From NCBI GenBank assembly GCA_051313645.2, contig JBNRSN020000001.1, positions 560,232,001 through 560,296,000 on the forward strand: a DNA stretch of 64,000 nucleotides. Reading direction: 5' to 3'. Origin of the DNA: Centroscyllium fabricii. Its lineage: Eukaryota. The stretch's first letter is position 1; each line of letters starts with the position of its first letter. Below the pieces are notes generated by a model, which was not told the DNA's origin, ran no database searches, and saw nothing but the letters and a program-made list of their open reading frames with translations. Made by a program: the position numbers and the translations under genes. Positions 34,309 to 47,730 of the stretch are shown here, one piece after another.

Positions 34309-36081
34309 TGTAGTGTATGTGAGTAGGCTTGATGGACAGCCTGTGAGCCAATGGCAGAGCTGCTGTATGGGGACTATGTTGTGTATGGGAAAGGTTACTG
34401 TAATACCGCTTTAGGCCACTGTGTATAAATAGCGCTGCACTGAATGTAGTAGTGGGCTTCCACCTGGCCATTGATCGAGTAAAGACCTCTGTTAGTTACA
34501 CTCTGTCCGAGTATTTATTGCGTCTCACGCACACCTCAGGGACTCGAGACGCAACACTGGCGACGAGATAGTGGGATAACTCCGAGGTATACCGCAGTAG
34601 AAGGTAGTCTGCTGAAGCAAACAGACTTCTCCAGTGAAAGTCTGGAGACTTAGGCGTCAACCAAAGGAGCAGCCTAAAACACTACACGGATAAAGCCTGG
34701 AGTCAGAGCCTCGAGGCTGGGCGACAACCAAAGGAGCAGCCCAAGCAGTGCACAGACAGAGCCTGGAAATGGGGCGACGACCAAAGAAACAGCCCTAAGG
34801 CAGAAACTGACACAACCGTCAGGAAGCTGTAGGGAATCAAGGATTGATTCTCCAGCGTCGGGATAGCGGAGCAGACAGGTACGATCGGCGACCAGGGGTC
34901 TAGTAGACCGAAGCCACGGTAATTGACCCGGGGTGATTCGGGAAGCTCCCGGTGGTATAAAGGGCGGACTCTGTATCTGGAGTGGGAAGGCCTACTGCCA
35001 CGGAAAACGGGGCGCCACTCCACCGAGTAGACCGCAGGGATCGCGGAAGGAACCAGAGGTTAGGAAGTTGCGTAAATTAAGGGAAAAGACGGGGAAAGAC
35101 GCCGTTTTTCCCGCGAACACCATCTTGAAAACCGAAAAGGGCGCGAAAAATACCGTTGTGGCGCGGACGCCATTTTGAATAATTCAATTTTAAAAATATA
35201 TATATATATTTCTGAGAAGCACCAGCCTAGACGAATAATCAAACATGACAAAAATCCCTAGCTTAGCAGCTTTCGATAATGACATCGAGAACTGGGACAG
35301 ATATATTGACAGAGTTGAAATATATTGCGCAGCCAATAATATAGCAGAAGATAGAAAAGCAATCACTCTTCTGAATGTGATGGGCGCGAAAACATTTGGA
35401 CTGTTGAAAAGTTTAGCAACAAGAGCCGGGCAACAACCAACTTCAACCCCAAGATTAACCCAATCACGGGCAAACCCGTCCAAGGAGCGTTTTCCAAGAG
35501 AAAGAGGAAGACCTTTATGTCGAGTGTCAGGACTTGGGATAACCGCAAGGACCCAGAACAGCATCGGGGAAGGAGAAGGGAAGCTGAAGACACTGTTCTA
35601 AAACAATTGTGATGATTGTGATAATGTTGTGTTAAATGTTGAAAACACATGTTGGTAGAAAACCATGTTATAAGAAGTTAATTGGTTATTATGTTAATTC
35701 TAGGATAAGATCACAGTTGACACAAATGTAGTAAATTAATCGGTTATTATGTAAGTAACAATACCGCACTGTTGTATAATGATACCTTCTATAAAAAAAA
35801 GGGGTGACGTGTTAATTTAGAAGGGGAGGGATGTAGTGTATGTGAGTAGGCTTGATAGACAGCCTGTGAGCCAATGGCAGAGCTGCTGTATGGGGACTAT
35901 GTTGTGTATGGGAAAGGTTACTGTAATACCGCTTTAGGCCACTGTGTATAAATAGCGCTTCACTGAATGTAGTAGTGGGCTTCCACCTGGCCGATGATCG
36001 AGTAAAGACCTCTGTTAGTTACACTCTGTGTCCGAGTATTTATTGCGTCTCACGCACACCTCAGGGACTCGAGACGCAACA
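34309..36081 (+). mobile_element. Non-autonomous, internally deleted Gypsy LTR element (1.77 kb)
   Basis: LTRs 34309-34556 and 35832-36081 (about 4 substitutions + 2-bp indel), TSD ATTAC, PBS TGGCGACGAG, PPT AGAAGGGGAGGGA, gag N-terminal remnant from 35245. Confidence 0.93.
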
Positions 36082-37160
36082 ATTACCATCACTGAATCCC
36101 CGACCATCAACATCCTTGGGGTCGTCATTGACCAGAAACTTAACTGGACCAGGCACATAAATGTTATGGTACCAAGAGTGGATCAGAGGCTAGGTATTCT
36201 GTGGCTAGTGTCTCACCTCCTGACTCCCCTAAGCCTTTCCATCACCTACAAGGCATATTTCTTGGGTGTGATGGAATGCTCTCCACTTGCCTGGATTGGT
36301 GCAGCTCCAAAAACACTCAAGAAGCTCGACACCATCCAGGACAAAGGAGCCCGTTTGATTGGCACCCCATCCACCACCTTGAACATTCACTCCCTCCACT
36401 GCCAACCTGCCGTGGCTGCAGTGTGTACCAGCTACAAGATGCACTGCAGCAACTCACCAAGGCTTCTTTGTCAGTACTTCGCAAACCCACGACCTCTTCC
36501 ACCTAGAAGGACAAGGTCAGCAGGTGCATGGGAACAGCACCACCTCCCAGTTCCTCTCCAAGTTGCACACCATCCTGACTTGTAAATATAACGTCACCCC
36601 TTCATCGTCACTGGGTGAAAATCCTGGGGCTCCCTCCGTAACAGCACTGTTGGGAGTACCTTCACCTCATGGACTGCAGCGGTTCAAGAAGGAAGTGCAC
36701 CACCACCTTCGCGAGGGTGATTAGGGAGAGGCAATAAATGCCAGCGACGCCCACATTTAAAAAAACAAACAACTCTCCTGCACTTGGCAAGTTATTGTGT
36801 TGCCTAGAAATTGTAAAGTATGCAGACATTTTAACATCAAACTTGCTCCAGAATTCATGCTGCAGGTCATAAGGCTGGTTTCCTGGGTCAGGTGACTATC
36901 AACTGTCATGAAGTCTCAAAAGTTGTCAACATCATTGCAGTCAATGGACCCTCTCTGGGATGTGGACTGCTCCCTGGTGATGTCATAGAATGGTCTAGTA
37001 GAAGGAAACAAAACTATTTTAAAATTTCAAGTTTAATTTTTTTTTCCTGCTCTGAAATGGAGGAGTATTGTTGTGGGGTGGGAGAAGTAATTGTAATCTG
37101 TTCTCTCATTCCCCCCCCCCCCCCCCCCCCAGCCCTCACACTTTCCTTCTCCTTTACATT

Positions 37161-37904
37161 GGGCTGGATCTTGCTGGATAAATAATGCTGTGTTAATGAC
37201 GCGTGCAGTTATTAATGCAGAAATCGGCCAGCAAGTTCAGGAGATTACAAGATACGTGCGAGTTGTGAATTTAGAACTTGCTGGTTGAATTTTGCCGCTT
37301 GCTTCGCACAAACGGCTTCTCCCCCTTCGCCTCCCGGTTATTTTTGAGAACTTCCTGGATTTGCATGTTGATTCTGCATTAACCTCACTGCAGAGAATTA
37401 GGGCTGGAATTTAACAGCGCAAGTACCTGATGTGATAATTGTTAATACAATGCCAGTCAAGCTCTGTGGCTCAGAAATTGAGCCGTTTGAATTGTTCAAT
37501 CTCATTCCTGCATGTAGCGAATTGTTGTTGGATTTTGAAAATGTCATTTAAAATTTTCACAACTGTTTTCTTTGTTTTCCTTTCTACCTCTTCTCTCTCA
37601 GTCCAATCTTTCTTCCCCTCTTTTTATTTCCCTTTCTACACCTGGTTTGGATCTAATTCACCTTATTTCCTTCTCTGTCATTCCTGTTTCTTTCTCAATG
37701 CTTAACTCTCAATGGTTAAGGAGATAGACTGTTGGTCCCGCTTTTCACTGAGGCCTCAGATGCCCCGTTGCCCTCACTGCCGTTGTCAGCTCACATTTCT
37801 AGCAAATTACGCCGCAAAAAAAAACTTTTGAGCTCAAGGGTGCAGAAAAAAGTATAACTAACAACGCGTGCCACGAGATGCCCCACTCCAGCAAAATCAG
37901 GCCC
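37161..37904. mobile_element. MITE, PIF/Harbinger-like
   Basis: GGGCTGGATCTTGCTGGA ... TCCAGCAAAATCAGGCCC imperfect TIRs; ATT both sides. Confidence 0.7.
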
Positions 37905-38080
37905 ATTATTTTATATTCAGTACCTGTAGTTGGTACTGGTTACTGGCACTGCTAATGTAGTCCAGGCATTTGTACCTCTTGCGCGTAAATTAAAAATTCT
38001 GAATTGGGATCACATTGAAGAAGGTAGATTCTAATCCTTAGAGACAGCAAAAAAAGTGGTGACTTTTCTAACCACTCTGA

Positions 38081-38209
<129 letters not shown>

Positions 38210-38267
38210 TGAGCATGTTTTGGAGTGAGAAGGTTACCCTTTGACATGATTTGTTGCACTAGATAAA

Positions 38268-38999
38268 TAGGTTGAAGTTCGTTAATCCGGCACCCGAAAA
38301 ACCGGCAGGTTCAGTCGTTCGGCAGATTATCCCGACTGCCTGGCGCATGCGCAGACAATTCAAAATGGCCACCGTCGGGGCTGGGCTTCCCTTTCACCTA
38401 ACATATACTCACTGGATCCCGGCTTAGTGACCACCCCGATGCTGATGGTGAATCCCAGGCCCAGAAGATGAGCTGTTGTGCCAGCCGCCTTTCACAGGAC
38501 ACTATACAGGCAATGCTCGGTGCCCATTGCTGCCGGAGGCTCCTGCCTGGCTGCGTGCTGACGTCACCGCGTTCCGAAGCTGGCGTGTGGTGGCATCACG
38601 TGAGCCGGGCTTGAGCCGCGCATTGGGCCTCAGGCCCACTGGAGCCGTGCAGGCCACTCCCTGATCCGCAGCAGAATCGATGGCTGCGTGCTGACGTCAC
38701 TGCGTTCCGAAGCTGGCGTGCAGTGGTGTCACTTGAGCCGCGCATTGCACCTCAGGCCTGCTGGAGCCGTGCAGCCCGCTCCCTGATCCGCAGCAGAATC
38801 GAGTGCGAGTTCCATCCGACCCTTGGGCTGAAAATCAACTTTCAGGTACCAGCGAGCGCATGCGCAGAACATTGAAAATTTCACGGCTGCCATTTTGAAT
38901 GCTCTGTGCATGCGCCGCTGTGGCTCCAATAATTCGGTGTTTTCAACAATCCGGAAGGGTGCTGGTCCCGACCCTGCCGGATTAACGAACTTCACCCTG
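38268..38999. mobile_element. Tigger/pogo-like MITE (~730 bp subfamily)
   Basis: (T)AGGTTGAAGTTCGTTAATCCGGCA ... TGCCGGATTAACGAACTTCACCCTG TA; close copy at 50350-51097; internal ~110-bp duplication. Confidence 0.82.
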
Positions 39000-39394
39000 T
39001 ATTAAAATTGTTACAGTTAGTGAAAAATTAGGATAATCTTTTAGATAAACTTGCCAGTGATATAGATGATTTTTGTATGAATTTAGATAAGGTTTACAAG
39101 TGCAAATATCTTAACAGCAAATAAATTGCTTTGAATTTAGTTTTTAGATATTGTGCAGTACCTGGGAGATATTGGGATGGGAGATTTAAAAAATGCATTT
39201 GTTGTCTTAATGGACATTAATATTATTTCTGTAGCAAACACGTTAAGGTCCAACAACAGCTCCAGGACATTGCTGTATTCCTGAGAATGTGACCATTACA
39301 ACCTAACTCCCCTGTGGACACACCTCCCTTTACTCCATGCAGTTTGCCATGACAACAGCAAATACAGAGACCAATGTCACCCAATAATGATAAT

Positions 39395-40590
39395 GTGGAG
39401 GTGCTGGTGTTGAACTGGGGTGGACAAATGCAAGAAGTCACACAACACCAGATTATAGTCCAACAGTTTTATTTTAAATCACAAGCTTTCGGAGCGCTGC
39501 TCCTTCGTCAAGGTGAAAGAGAGAGACTGACTTAAAGAACGCACATATGTGATGAAGAGAGAAATCCGATATCTCCCACATCTCACCTCAGTAGAGATCG
39601 ACACACAAAGGCTTATTAACATATTTTAAGTATTTCATTTAAACATAGCATTTCTAGAGAGAGATAACAATGTGGTCTCTCCAGTTGTTTCACATCACAC
39701 CTCAGCTGAGGGACATCAAAGCAATCAAAGGTGTTCCAACATATCAGCCAGCCTGAGATCAAAGGGTGCAGTCACAAAGGGTCAAATGTTACAGTCTGCT
39801 TTAAATCCCACATAATGATTTTTTAAAAACAAGGATTTTTCTTAATTAAAATCGCAGAACAAGCCAAAGATGGTTCGAGTCTGGATGACTCTATGTCAGG
39901 CAGGGTCACATGTAGCGCGACATAAACCCAATATCACGGTTGAGGCCGTGCTCATGGGTGCGGAACTTGGCTATCAGCCTCTGCTCGACGATTTTGCGTT
40001 GTCGTGTGTCTCGAAGGCCACCCTGGAGAATGCTCACCCAAAGATCGGAAGCTGAATGTCCTTGACTGCTGAAATATTCCCCGACTGGGAGGGAACACTC
40101 CTGCCTGGCGATTGTTGTGCCAATAATGAAAGGACGAGGGGGGGAATAGAAAATAACTGCCATCACCTGTATTTGCAGCATGATGAGAGGGGGTGGAAAT
40201 CGAGCGCTCTCACTCCACAAAATACTGTAGAAACTGCAGCCGAAGAAGTTCTCTATTGCACACTTTCTGGTCATGTCTCCGTCTTCAGTCCATCTGTCCA
40301 GAGAGCATGGAGACCATTCAGCCTCACCACTCCTTTGAATCACAACCCCCAACCCCATTTGGCCGCTCCCAACAAGAGAAAGAACAACTGTTGAGCGACA
40401 AAGAGGTGCTGCCACCTGACATCGTCCTCCAGTAAATGTGGATAAAACGTCTGCCAATCTGAGTGATGATGTGGAGGTGCCGGTGTTGGACAAATGCAAG
40501 AAGTCACAGAACACCAGGTTATAGTCCAACAGTTTTATTTGAAATCACAAGCTTTCGGAGCGCTGCTCCTTCGTCAGGTGAAGTGAAGAG
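39395..40590 (-). mobile_element. Penelope-like element with tandem pseudo-LTRs
   Basis: Direct repeats ~39395-39516 and ~40471-40582; GIY-YIG C-terminus LPVGEYFS..RKIVEQRLIAKFRTHEHGLNRD. Confidence 0.82.
40545..40581 (-). ncRNA. Minimal type I hammerhead ribozyme (PLE-associated)
   Basis: Minus strand UCAC-CUGACGA-A-GGAGC AGC GCUCC-GAAA-GCUU-GUGA: intact core, stems I and II, palindromic AAGCUU stem III. Confidence 0.75.
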
Positions 40591-40609
40591 ATGCATATGG
40601 GCACAGCAT

Positions 40610-41414
40610 ATGGCAAATGGAGTTCAACACGGGGAAATGCGAGGTGATGCACTTCGGCAGGGCAAATAGGAAGAGGGAATATAGGGTCAATGGCAGGATC
40701 CTGAGTGAAGCAGAGGAGCAAAGGGATCTGGGAGTATATGTACACAGATCACTGAAGGCTGCCACCCAGGTGGACAAAGCAGTGAAAAAGGCCTATGGTG
40801 TATTGGCCTTCATCAACAGGGGAATAGAGTTTAAGAACCGGGAGGTCATGCTGCAGCTGTACAGGTCACTGGTGAGGCCACACGTGGAGTACTGTGTGCA
40901 ATTCTGGGCACCGTACTACAGGAGAGATGTGGAGGCGCTGGAGAGGGTGCAGAGGAGATTCACCAGGATGCTGCCGGGAATGGGAGGAAAGTCATACGAG
41001 GAGAGGTTGAGGGAGCTGGGACTCTTCTCCCTGGAACGGAGAAGGAAGAGGGGGGACTTGATAGAGATGTTTAAAATGATGAAGGGGATCGATAGAGTAA
41101 ACGTGCAAAGACTGTTTCCCCGGGCGGGAAGAACGTCAACAAGAGGACACGAGCACAAGATTCAAGGAGGAAGATTCAGAAGGGATGGCAGGGGCAGGTT
41201 CTTTACACAGAGAGTGGTCGGGGAATGGAATAGGCTACCATCTGAAATAGTGGATGCGGACAGTCTGGGTGCTTTTAAAAGGATGATAGACAGGTACATG
41301 GAGGGGAAGGAACAGTAGGGGGGACAGGAAAAATCAGAGATGGACTAAGGGCGGCACTACATTGAGGGCCCAAGGGCCTGTACAGTGCTGTATGTTCTAT
41401 GTTCTATGTTCTAT
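40610..41414 (+). mobile_element. Young CR1 3' fragment, same subfamily as 19567-22277
   Basis: ORF 40617-41318 nearly identical to the C-terminus of the 19567-22185 ORF; same 3' UTR and (GTTCTAT)n tail. Confidence 0.93.
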
Positions 41415-41959
41415 ATATATGCTTCTTACATTAATCTGAGTGATTACATGGACGGCACACAACTGGGGAAAACACCAAGGTGTGCATCCTCTTTCTGCAG
41501 GCCCACTATAATTCTGCATTCTTCATAGCTTGGCCCCTCCCTAAACAAGCGCACCACAGGCTGTGGGTTGAACAGAGAGACCCCAGCCTCCCCCCCTCCC
41601 CCCCCCACGCACACATTACTTGCATCAGTATCCCAACAGACTAAACCTCCGTTTTATTAAGGATAGTCTATGATTCACTGCTAATGAAATGTGAATAGAT
41701 GTGTCAGTGTGTATCTCTGCAAGTACCGTTTATTGTTGCCTGTAATATACCATTGATTAACAATCTTGCAAGCTTCATTGAATTTGATAACTCCTTTTTT
41801 TAAATAAAGGGAAAGTAGAGTTGTTGCTTACAGAGTCAACCTTTAGAAATACATTGCATAGTTGGAACTGATTCTAAGTGGTAGGGACAGATATGAGCAG
41901 CAGCATTACAAATTAGGCCAAATTGATGAAGGAGCATAGGTACAGGCTCAACCGGTGCC

Positions 41960-42240
41960 CCTCGAGTCAGATTAGGTGTTGCGTTAGCAGATCTCAGTCA
42001 AGATAGCTCAGGCGGGTTGAAGAATCAGCCATGGTTCCCAGTACTGATCAGTGTTCAGTGATTTCCTTCTGGAACGTGCACCTGTCCAGGTGTGATGCCG
42101 CCTACGGTTAAATAGTTTACTGGCATTTGCTGTCGTAAGCTTATGCACGAGGAATGGTTAAGCTGTGAGTGTCTGCTTTGACTTGTGAAACTGTACTGTA
42201 TTAATAGGTGGTGCTTTCAGGGAAGGAGGAGGGAAATTGG
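41960..42240 (+). mobile_element. Ancient LF-SINE-like element
   Basis: TTAGCAGATCTCAGTC, CTGATC..CAGTGA, GTGATGCC..CGGTTAAATAG, CTTTCAGGGAAGGAGG in the order recalled for LF-SINE-related repeats; diverged. Confidence 0.4.
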
Positions 42241-42644
42241 TGGGTTTGGGTGGGGCAACTTGCTTTATACTGTGTGCCAGTACTTGATGTCTCATCTGTG
42301 GTGTTAGAGGTATTGGTGTCTTTCTACGAATATGGTAGATTTATAAAAAGTAACATTTATTGCAACTGATCATTGTAAGGAGGTGAATTTATGTTGTGTA
42401 GAGCTATGGGCTGTTAATGATAATTCATGTGTTGACCATTGATTATTTTATTTTTTAATGCCCCATAACACTTCAAAATAAAATAATAACTCCGACGAAA
42501 TATAATTTCCTTACTTGTAATGTTTTGGGTTTCAGCTTGTGATAACTCGCTGAAATGTGAATTGTAATTTTTTTTGACTTTGTGAACCATTGAGAGAGAG
42601 AGAGAGAGTACTCCCAAGGTACTGCTAATGCTACTTTGTAACTA

Positions 42645-42996
42645 CAGGTTGGGCACCGGTAATCCAGCACCCGATAATTCTGCACCTTCAGTGGTCCGGC
42701 ACGAATCCCGCTGGCCGGCCCACGAGATCCCAGGGATGCTCGCGAAACGCCAGCACCCCGTGATGCGCGGGCCTCTCCCGGGCAGCACCGGAAAATCCCA
42801 GGACCGCGAATCCCATTCCCTCACTCTTTGCACTGTTCTACGCGCACGCAGCGGACACTTAGACTGGTCTACGCACGCGCTGTGGCCATTTTGACTGGTC
42901 TGCGCACGCGCTCCCAGAACCTTCAGTGGTTTGGCATTTTCAGTAGTCCGGCACTAGCCTGGTCCCGAGGGTGCCAGATTAATGGTGCTCAACCTG
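42645..42996. mobile_element. Tigger/pogo-like MITE
   Basis: TA CAGGTTGGGCACCGGTAATCC ... GATTAATGGTGCTCAACCTG; TIR shared with 6245-6592. Confidence 0.8.
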
Positions 42997-43127
42997 AAAA
43001 TGGTTGTGGCTTGCAGTAACTGCCCCACCAATTTTTAACTTGCTGCTTCTTTGTCTTCTTTCCCCCCCACTGGAAGATTAAACTTGGTCATGTCTCCACT
43101 TGTTGCTTCTTCCTGATGCTCCTTTGA

Positions 43128-43544
<417 letters not shown>

Positions 43545-43814
43545 TGAAAAATATGAGCAATGCCTTAGATTGGATCAGTAAAATGCCAGGGGGGAAAAAA
43601 GACTGCATTGAATGAATGTATGCCTTTTTAAAAAGAAAGTATTCATGCGTAATCTAGCGGCATCGAGTACACAGTGGAAATATTCAGCAAGTGTCACAAT
43701 GCTTTTGAGTTACTGTCTTGCAATTTCCCTGGTCCATGCTTTTTTTTTTAAGTCTTTCAATATGGGTCCTAATTTCTGTACAATGCTGCCATCTTTGCTC
43801 AGTAACCTGGAATG

Positions 43815-44546
43815 TTGTCTTGGCTCAGTTGGTTGCGCTCTCGTCTCTGAGTCCAGAAGATTGTCGATACAACCCCCACTTGCTGCACATAATATAAGCC
43901 AGGAGTGTCAAACACAAAGAATATGGTGGACCTGATCGTGCATCTTGGCGTGGGCCACATTCAGCAGAAGTTAGTTGGACAAGTTGGGGGTAGAAACTGC
44001 TGTGTTTCCCCTGTTATGTGAGCGCACAGTGGACACAATGTCTACCAATTTCTGGCCGTGAGTTCCTGCATCAGTGCCAAGTTGGTCTTCACTGTTTTCC
44101 TGCCTCCATGGCGGACACCTGACATCATCATTGTACTGAAGGAGCACTGCGCTGTCGGAGGATGTCGTCTTTTGGATGAGATGTTAAATCAAGGCCCTAT
44201 CTGTTCATGACGATCGCAAAATACTGTGGATGCTGGAAATCTGAAATAACAACAGAAAACGCTGGAGAAACTCAGCAGGCCAGGCAGCATCGGTGGAGAG
44301 AGGAGCCTTCCTTAAAAGCTGGCTTCTGTTGTTATTCCTTATCTGTTCATGCTGTCCACGATGATATTTATCCCTCAAACATCATCACTAAAACAGATTG
44401 GTCATTTATTTCATGGCTGTTGGTGCGACTTGGCTGTGTGTAAATTGATTGCCACATTAGCCTACATTACAACAGTGACTACACTTCAGAAATATTTCAT
44501 TGGCTGTGGAGTACTTTGAGACGTACATAAAAGGTACTCTATAAAT
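43815..44546 (+). mobile_element. SacSINE1/DeuSINE-like SINE, fragmented by later insertions
   Basis: TGGCTCAGTTGG head; Deu-like GGATGAGATGTTAAATCAAGGCCC and ATTTATCCCTCAA..ACAGATT; L2-type tail ACAACAGTGACTACACTTCA..TCATTGGCTGT; PLE pLTR piece at ~44210-44300. Confidence 0.65.
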
Positions 44547-44559
44547 TCCCTCCTTCCTT

Positions 44560-45340
44560 TTATTTATTCGTTTGAGATCTGAGCGTCGCTGGCAAAGCCA
44601 GCATTTATTGCCCATCCCTAATTACCCTCGAGAAGGTGGTGGTGATCCACCTTCTTGAACCGCTGCAGTCTGTGTGGTGAAGGTACTCCCACAGTGCTGT
44701 TAGGTAGGGAGTTCCAGGATTTTGACCCAGTAATGATGAAGGATCGGCGATATACTTCTAAATCAGGATGCTATGTGACTTGGAGGGGAACTTGGAGGTG
44801 TTGGTGTTCCCATGTGCCTGCTGCCCTTGTCCTTCCAGGTGGAAGAGGTCGAGGGTTTGGGAGATGCTGCCGAAGAAGCCATGGCGAGTTGCTGCAGTGC
44901 ATCTTGTAGATGGTACACACTGCAGCCATGGTACGCCGGTGGTGGAGGGAGTGAATGTTGAAGGTGGTGGATGGGGTGCCAATCAAGCGGGCTGCTTTAT
45001 CCTGAATTAATCGAGCTTCTTGAGTGTTGTTGGAGCTGCACTCATTCAGGCAAGTGGAGAGTATTCCATCACACTCCTGACTTGTGCCTTGTAAATGGTG
45101 GAAAGGCTTTGGTTTTTATTTCAGATTTCCAGCATCTGCAGTATTTTCTTTTTGTATTAGATGGTGGAAAGGCTTTGGGGAGTGAAGAGGTGAGACACTC
45201 GCCGCAGAATACCCAGCCGCTGACCTGCTCTTGTTGCAACAGTAGTTATGTGGCTGGTCCAGTTAAGTTTCTGGTCAATGCTGACCCCAGAATATTGATG
45301 GTGGGCGATTTGGTGATGGTAATGCCATTGAATGGCATGG
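44560..45340 (-). mobile_element. CR1-clade LINE 3' fragment (family of 7147-8199)
   Basis: IGTPSTTFNIHSLHHRRTMAAVCTIYKMHCSNSP; FNGITITKSPTINILG. Confidence 0.85.
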
Positions 45341-46165
45341 GGGGGGTTGTTGGACTCTCACTTCCTTCCCTCCTTCCTTCTATTTCTCTCCCACCTTCCC
45401 TAAAAGCTGGCTCCTGGGAGGTCTGTGACTCGTCTTTGGCAGTGACCCCTCTAAATGTCTTCCCCATTTCGCTGTGGGCAAGTACGTTGATTCCATATGG
45501 AACCTCAGTGGCCTGGCTGAGGGAATGATGGCTGCAACCCAATATCCTGAAAGTATGAGATGAACATGTGCTGAGCTCTTATAGCCCAGCATGTATGAAA
45601 TCTTTTCAAGTACTTCATCCTGGCTTCAAGTCATTAATATGTGGATGGGAACTTTAGCAAAGCACAGCGACCTACTGCATCCTCAATCAGTAACCGTATC
45701 TTTTTGGGAATCACAATACATTCAATTTTATTTTCTGCTGAAATTCATTTAAAGTGGACAAATAAGCAAATGCACCAGGGGATGGGAAGGAAAGGTTACT
45801 TTGAAGTTCAATTTTTTTTTGCAGTTTTGTTTGCTTATGTTAAGCAATTTGAATACCAGACATGCATACCATCAGCTGCCTTATCTTTATGTAATCTGAG
45901 CACGTCCCTGGTATGTTGCTTTTTGCACCCTGTTCCATCACAGTTTTCAATTCTAGTTTCTCTCACACCCATAACAGTGGATTCAGCCCATGTGAGTAGA
46001 AGTGATTAAATGAATATTGACTTGTAAGGTGTACCTCATCCATCAACTTAAACATCCACTCCCTCCACCACCAGCATACTGTGGCTGCAGCAACTTGCAA
46101 GGCACCTCCCAAACCCGTGACCTCCACGGCCTAGAAGGCCAAGGGCAGCAGGCGCATGGGAACAC

Positions 46166-47730
46166 TTTGTGCGGTCTTGGGCCAGGGATTCCCAGGTGTC
46201 GGTGGGGATGTTGCACTTTTTCAAGGAAGCTTTGAAGGTGTCCTTGAAGTGTTTCCTCTGCCCACCTGGGGCTCTCTTGCCGTGTCGGAGCTCCGAGTGG
46301 AGCGCTTGATTTTGGAGTCTCATATCGGGCATACGGATGATGTGACCCGTCCATCGGAGCTGATCGAGCGTGGTCAAAGCTTCGATGCTGGGGATGTTGT
46401 CCTAAGCGAGAACACTGACATTGGTGCGCTTATCCTGCCAATAGATTTGCAGGATTTTGCGGAGGCAGCATTGGTGGTCCCTCTCCAGTGCTTTGAGGTG
46501 CCTGCTGTACATAGTCCATGTCTCTGAAGCACACAGGAGGGCGGGTATCACTACTGCTCTGTAGACCATGTGCTTGGTGCTGGGTTTGTGTGGCGGGGGC
46601 AGGTTTGGTAGAGGACCTTTGTCTTACGGATGTTTAGTGTAAGGCCCATGCTCTCGTACACTTCAGGGAAGGTGTGGACGATGGTTTGGAGTTTGACCTC
46701 CGAGTGTGTGCAGACGCAAGTGTCATCTGCATACTGTAATTCGGACAACCTTCGATCTGGACTGGAGGCGACGGAGGTTGAACAGTTTCCCGTTTGTTCT
46801 GTAAATTAGCTCCACTCCAGCGGGGAGCTTACTGAGGGTGAGATAGAACATTGCAGCCAGGAAGATCGAGAAGAGTGTTGGTGCAATGACACAGCCTTGC
46901 TTGACCCCCGTCCGTCCGTGAATTGAGTCTGAGGTGGATCCGTTGGTCATGATCATGGCTTGCATGTCGTCGTGAAGCAGCTGAAGGATGGTGACAAACT
47001 TTTGAGGGCAGCAGAATTTGAGGAGGACATTCCATAATCCCTCACTGTTGACCGTGTCGAAGGCCTTTGTGAGGTCAAAGAAGGCCATGTACAGCAGTTG
47101 GTGCTGTTCCATGCATTTATCGTAGTTGACGCACGGTGAAGATCATGTCCATTGTGTCCCTTAGTGGGCGGAATCAGCATTGCGGCTCTGGGCGGAGCTC
47201 TTCAGCCACTGAGAGAAGGCGATTGAGGAGGATTCTTGCGATGAATTTCCCTGTGGCAGACAACAGGAAGACTCAACTGTAATTACCGCAAACGCACTTG
47301 TCACCTTTCTTGGAGATTGTCACGATTACGGTGTCTGAGATCCCCTGGCATACTTCTCCTTCCAAATAAGGGAAATTAATTAATGTATTTGCGCCAATAG
47401 TGCTTCTCCGTCATGTTGTAACGCCTCGGCGGGGATTCCATCTGCTCCTGAGGCCTTGTTGTTCTTCAGTTGTCGGATGGCCTTTTCAACCTCATGCCGG
47501 GCTGTAGTTGTGCTGAGGTGGTGGCGGGTGGCATGCTGCGGGATGGAGTTGAGGACACTCGCGTCAAAGACAGAGTCTCGGTTAAGGAGATCTTAGAAGT
47601 GCTCCTTCCAGCGGGCACTGACTGCCTCTCTCTCCTTGATGAGTACCTGTCCATTCTTGGCCCGCCGTGGGGTAGGGCCTTGGGTGTTTGGGCCGTAGGT
47701 GGTCTTGACTGCGTCAAAGAATCCACGCAC
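46166..47730 (-). mobile_element. RTE-clade (BovB-like) LINE fragment inside a CR1 3' end (46055-46165 + 47730-47840)
   Basis: AFFDLTKAFDTVN, GVKQGCVIAPTLFSIF, GKLFNLRRL, ELQYADD, QLRWTGHIIRMPD, GGQRKHFKDT. Confidence 0.88.

Larger units (their letters stand above)
33225..36760 (+). mobile_element. CR1-clade LINE (family of 7147-8199) split by a MITE and an LTR element
   Basis: PQGSVLG..FINDL..FADD at 33260-33360; resumes ITITESPTINILGV at 36082. Confidence 0.85.
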
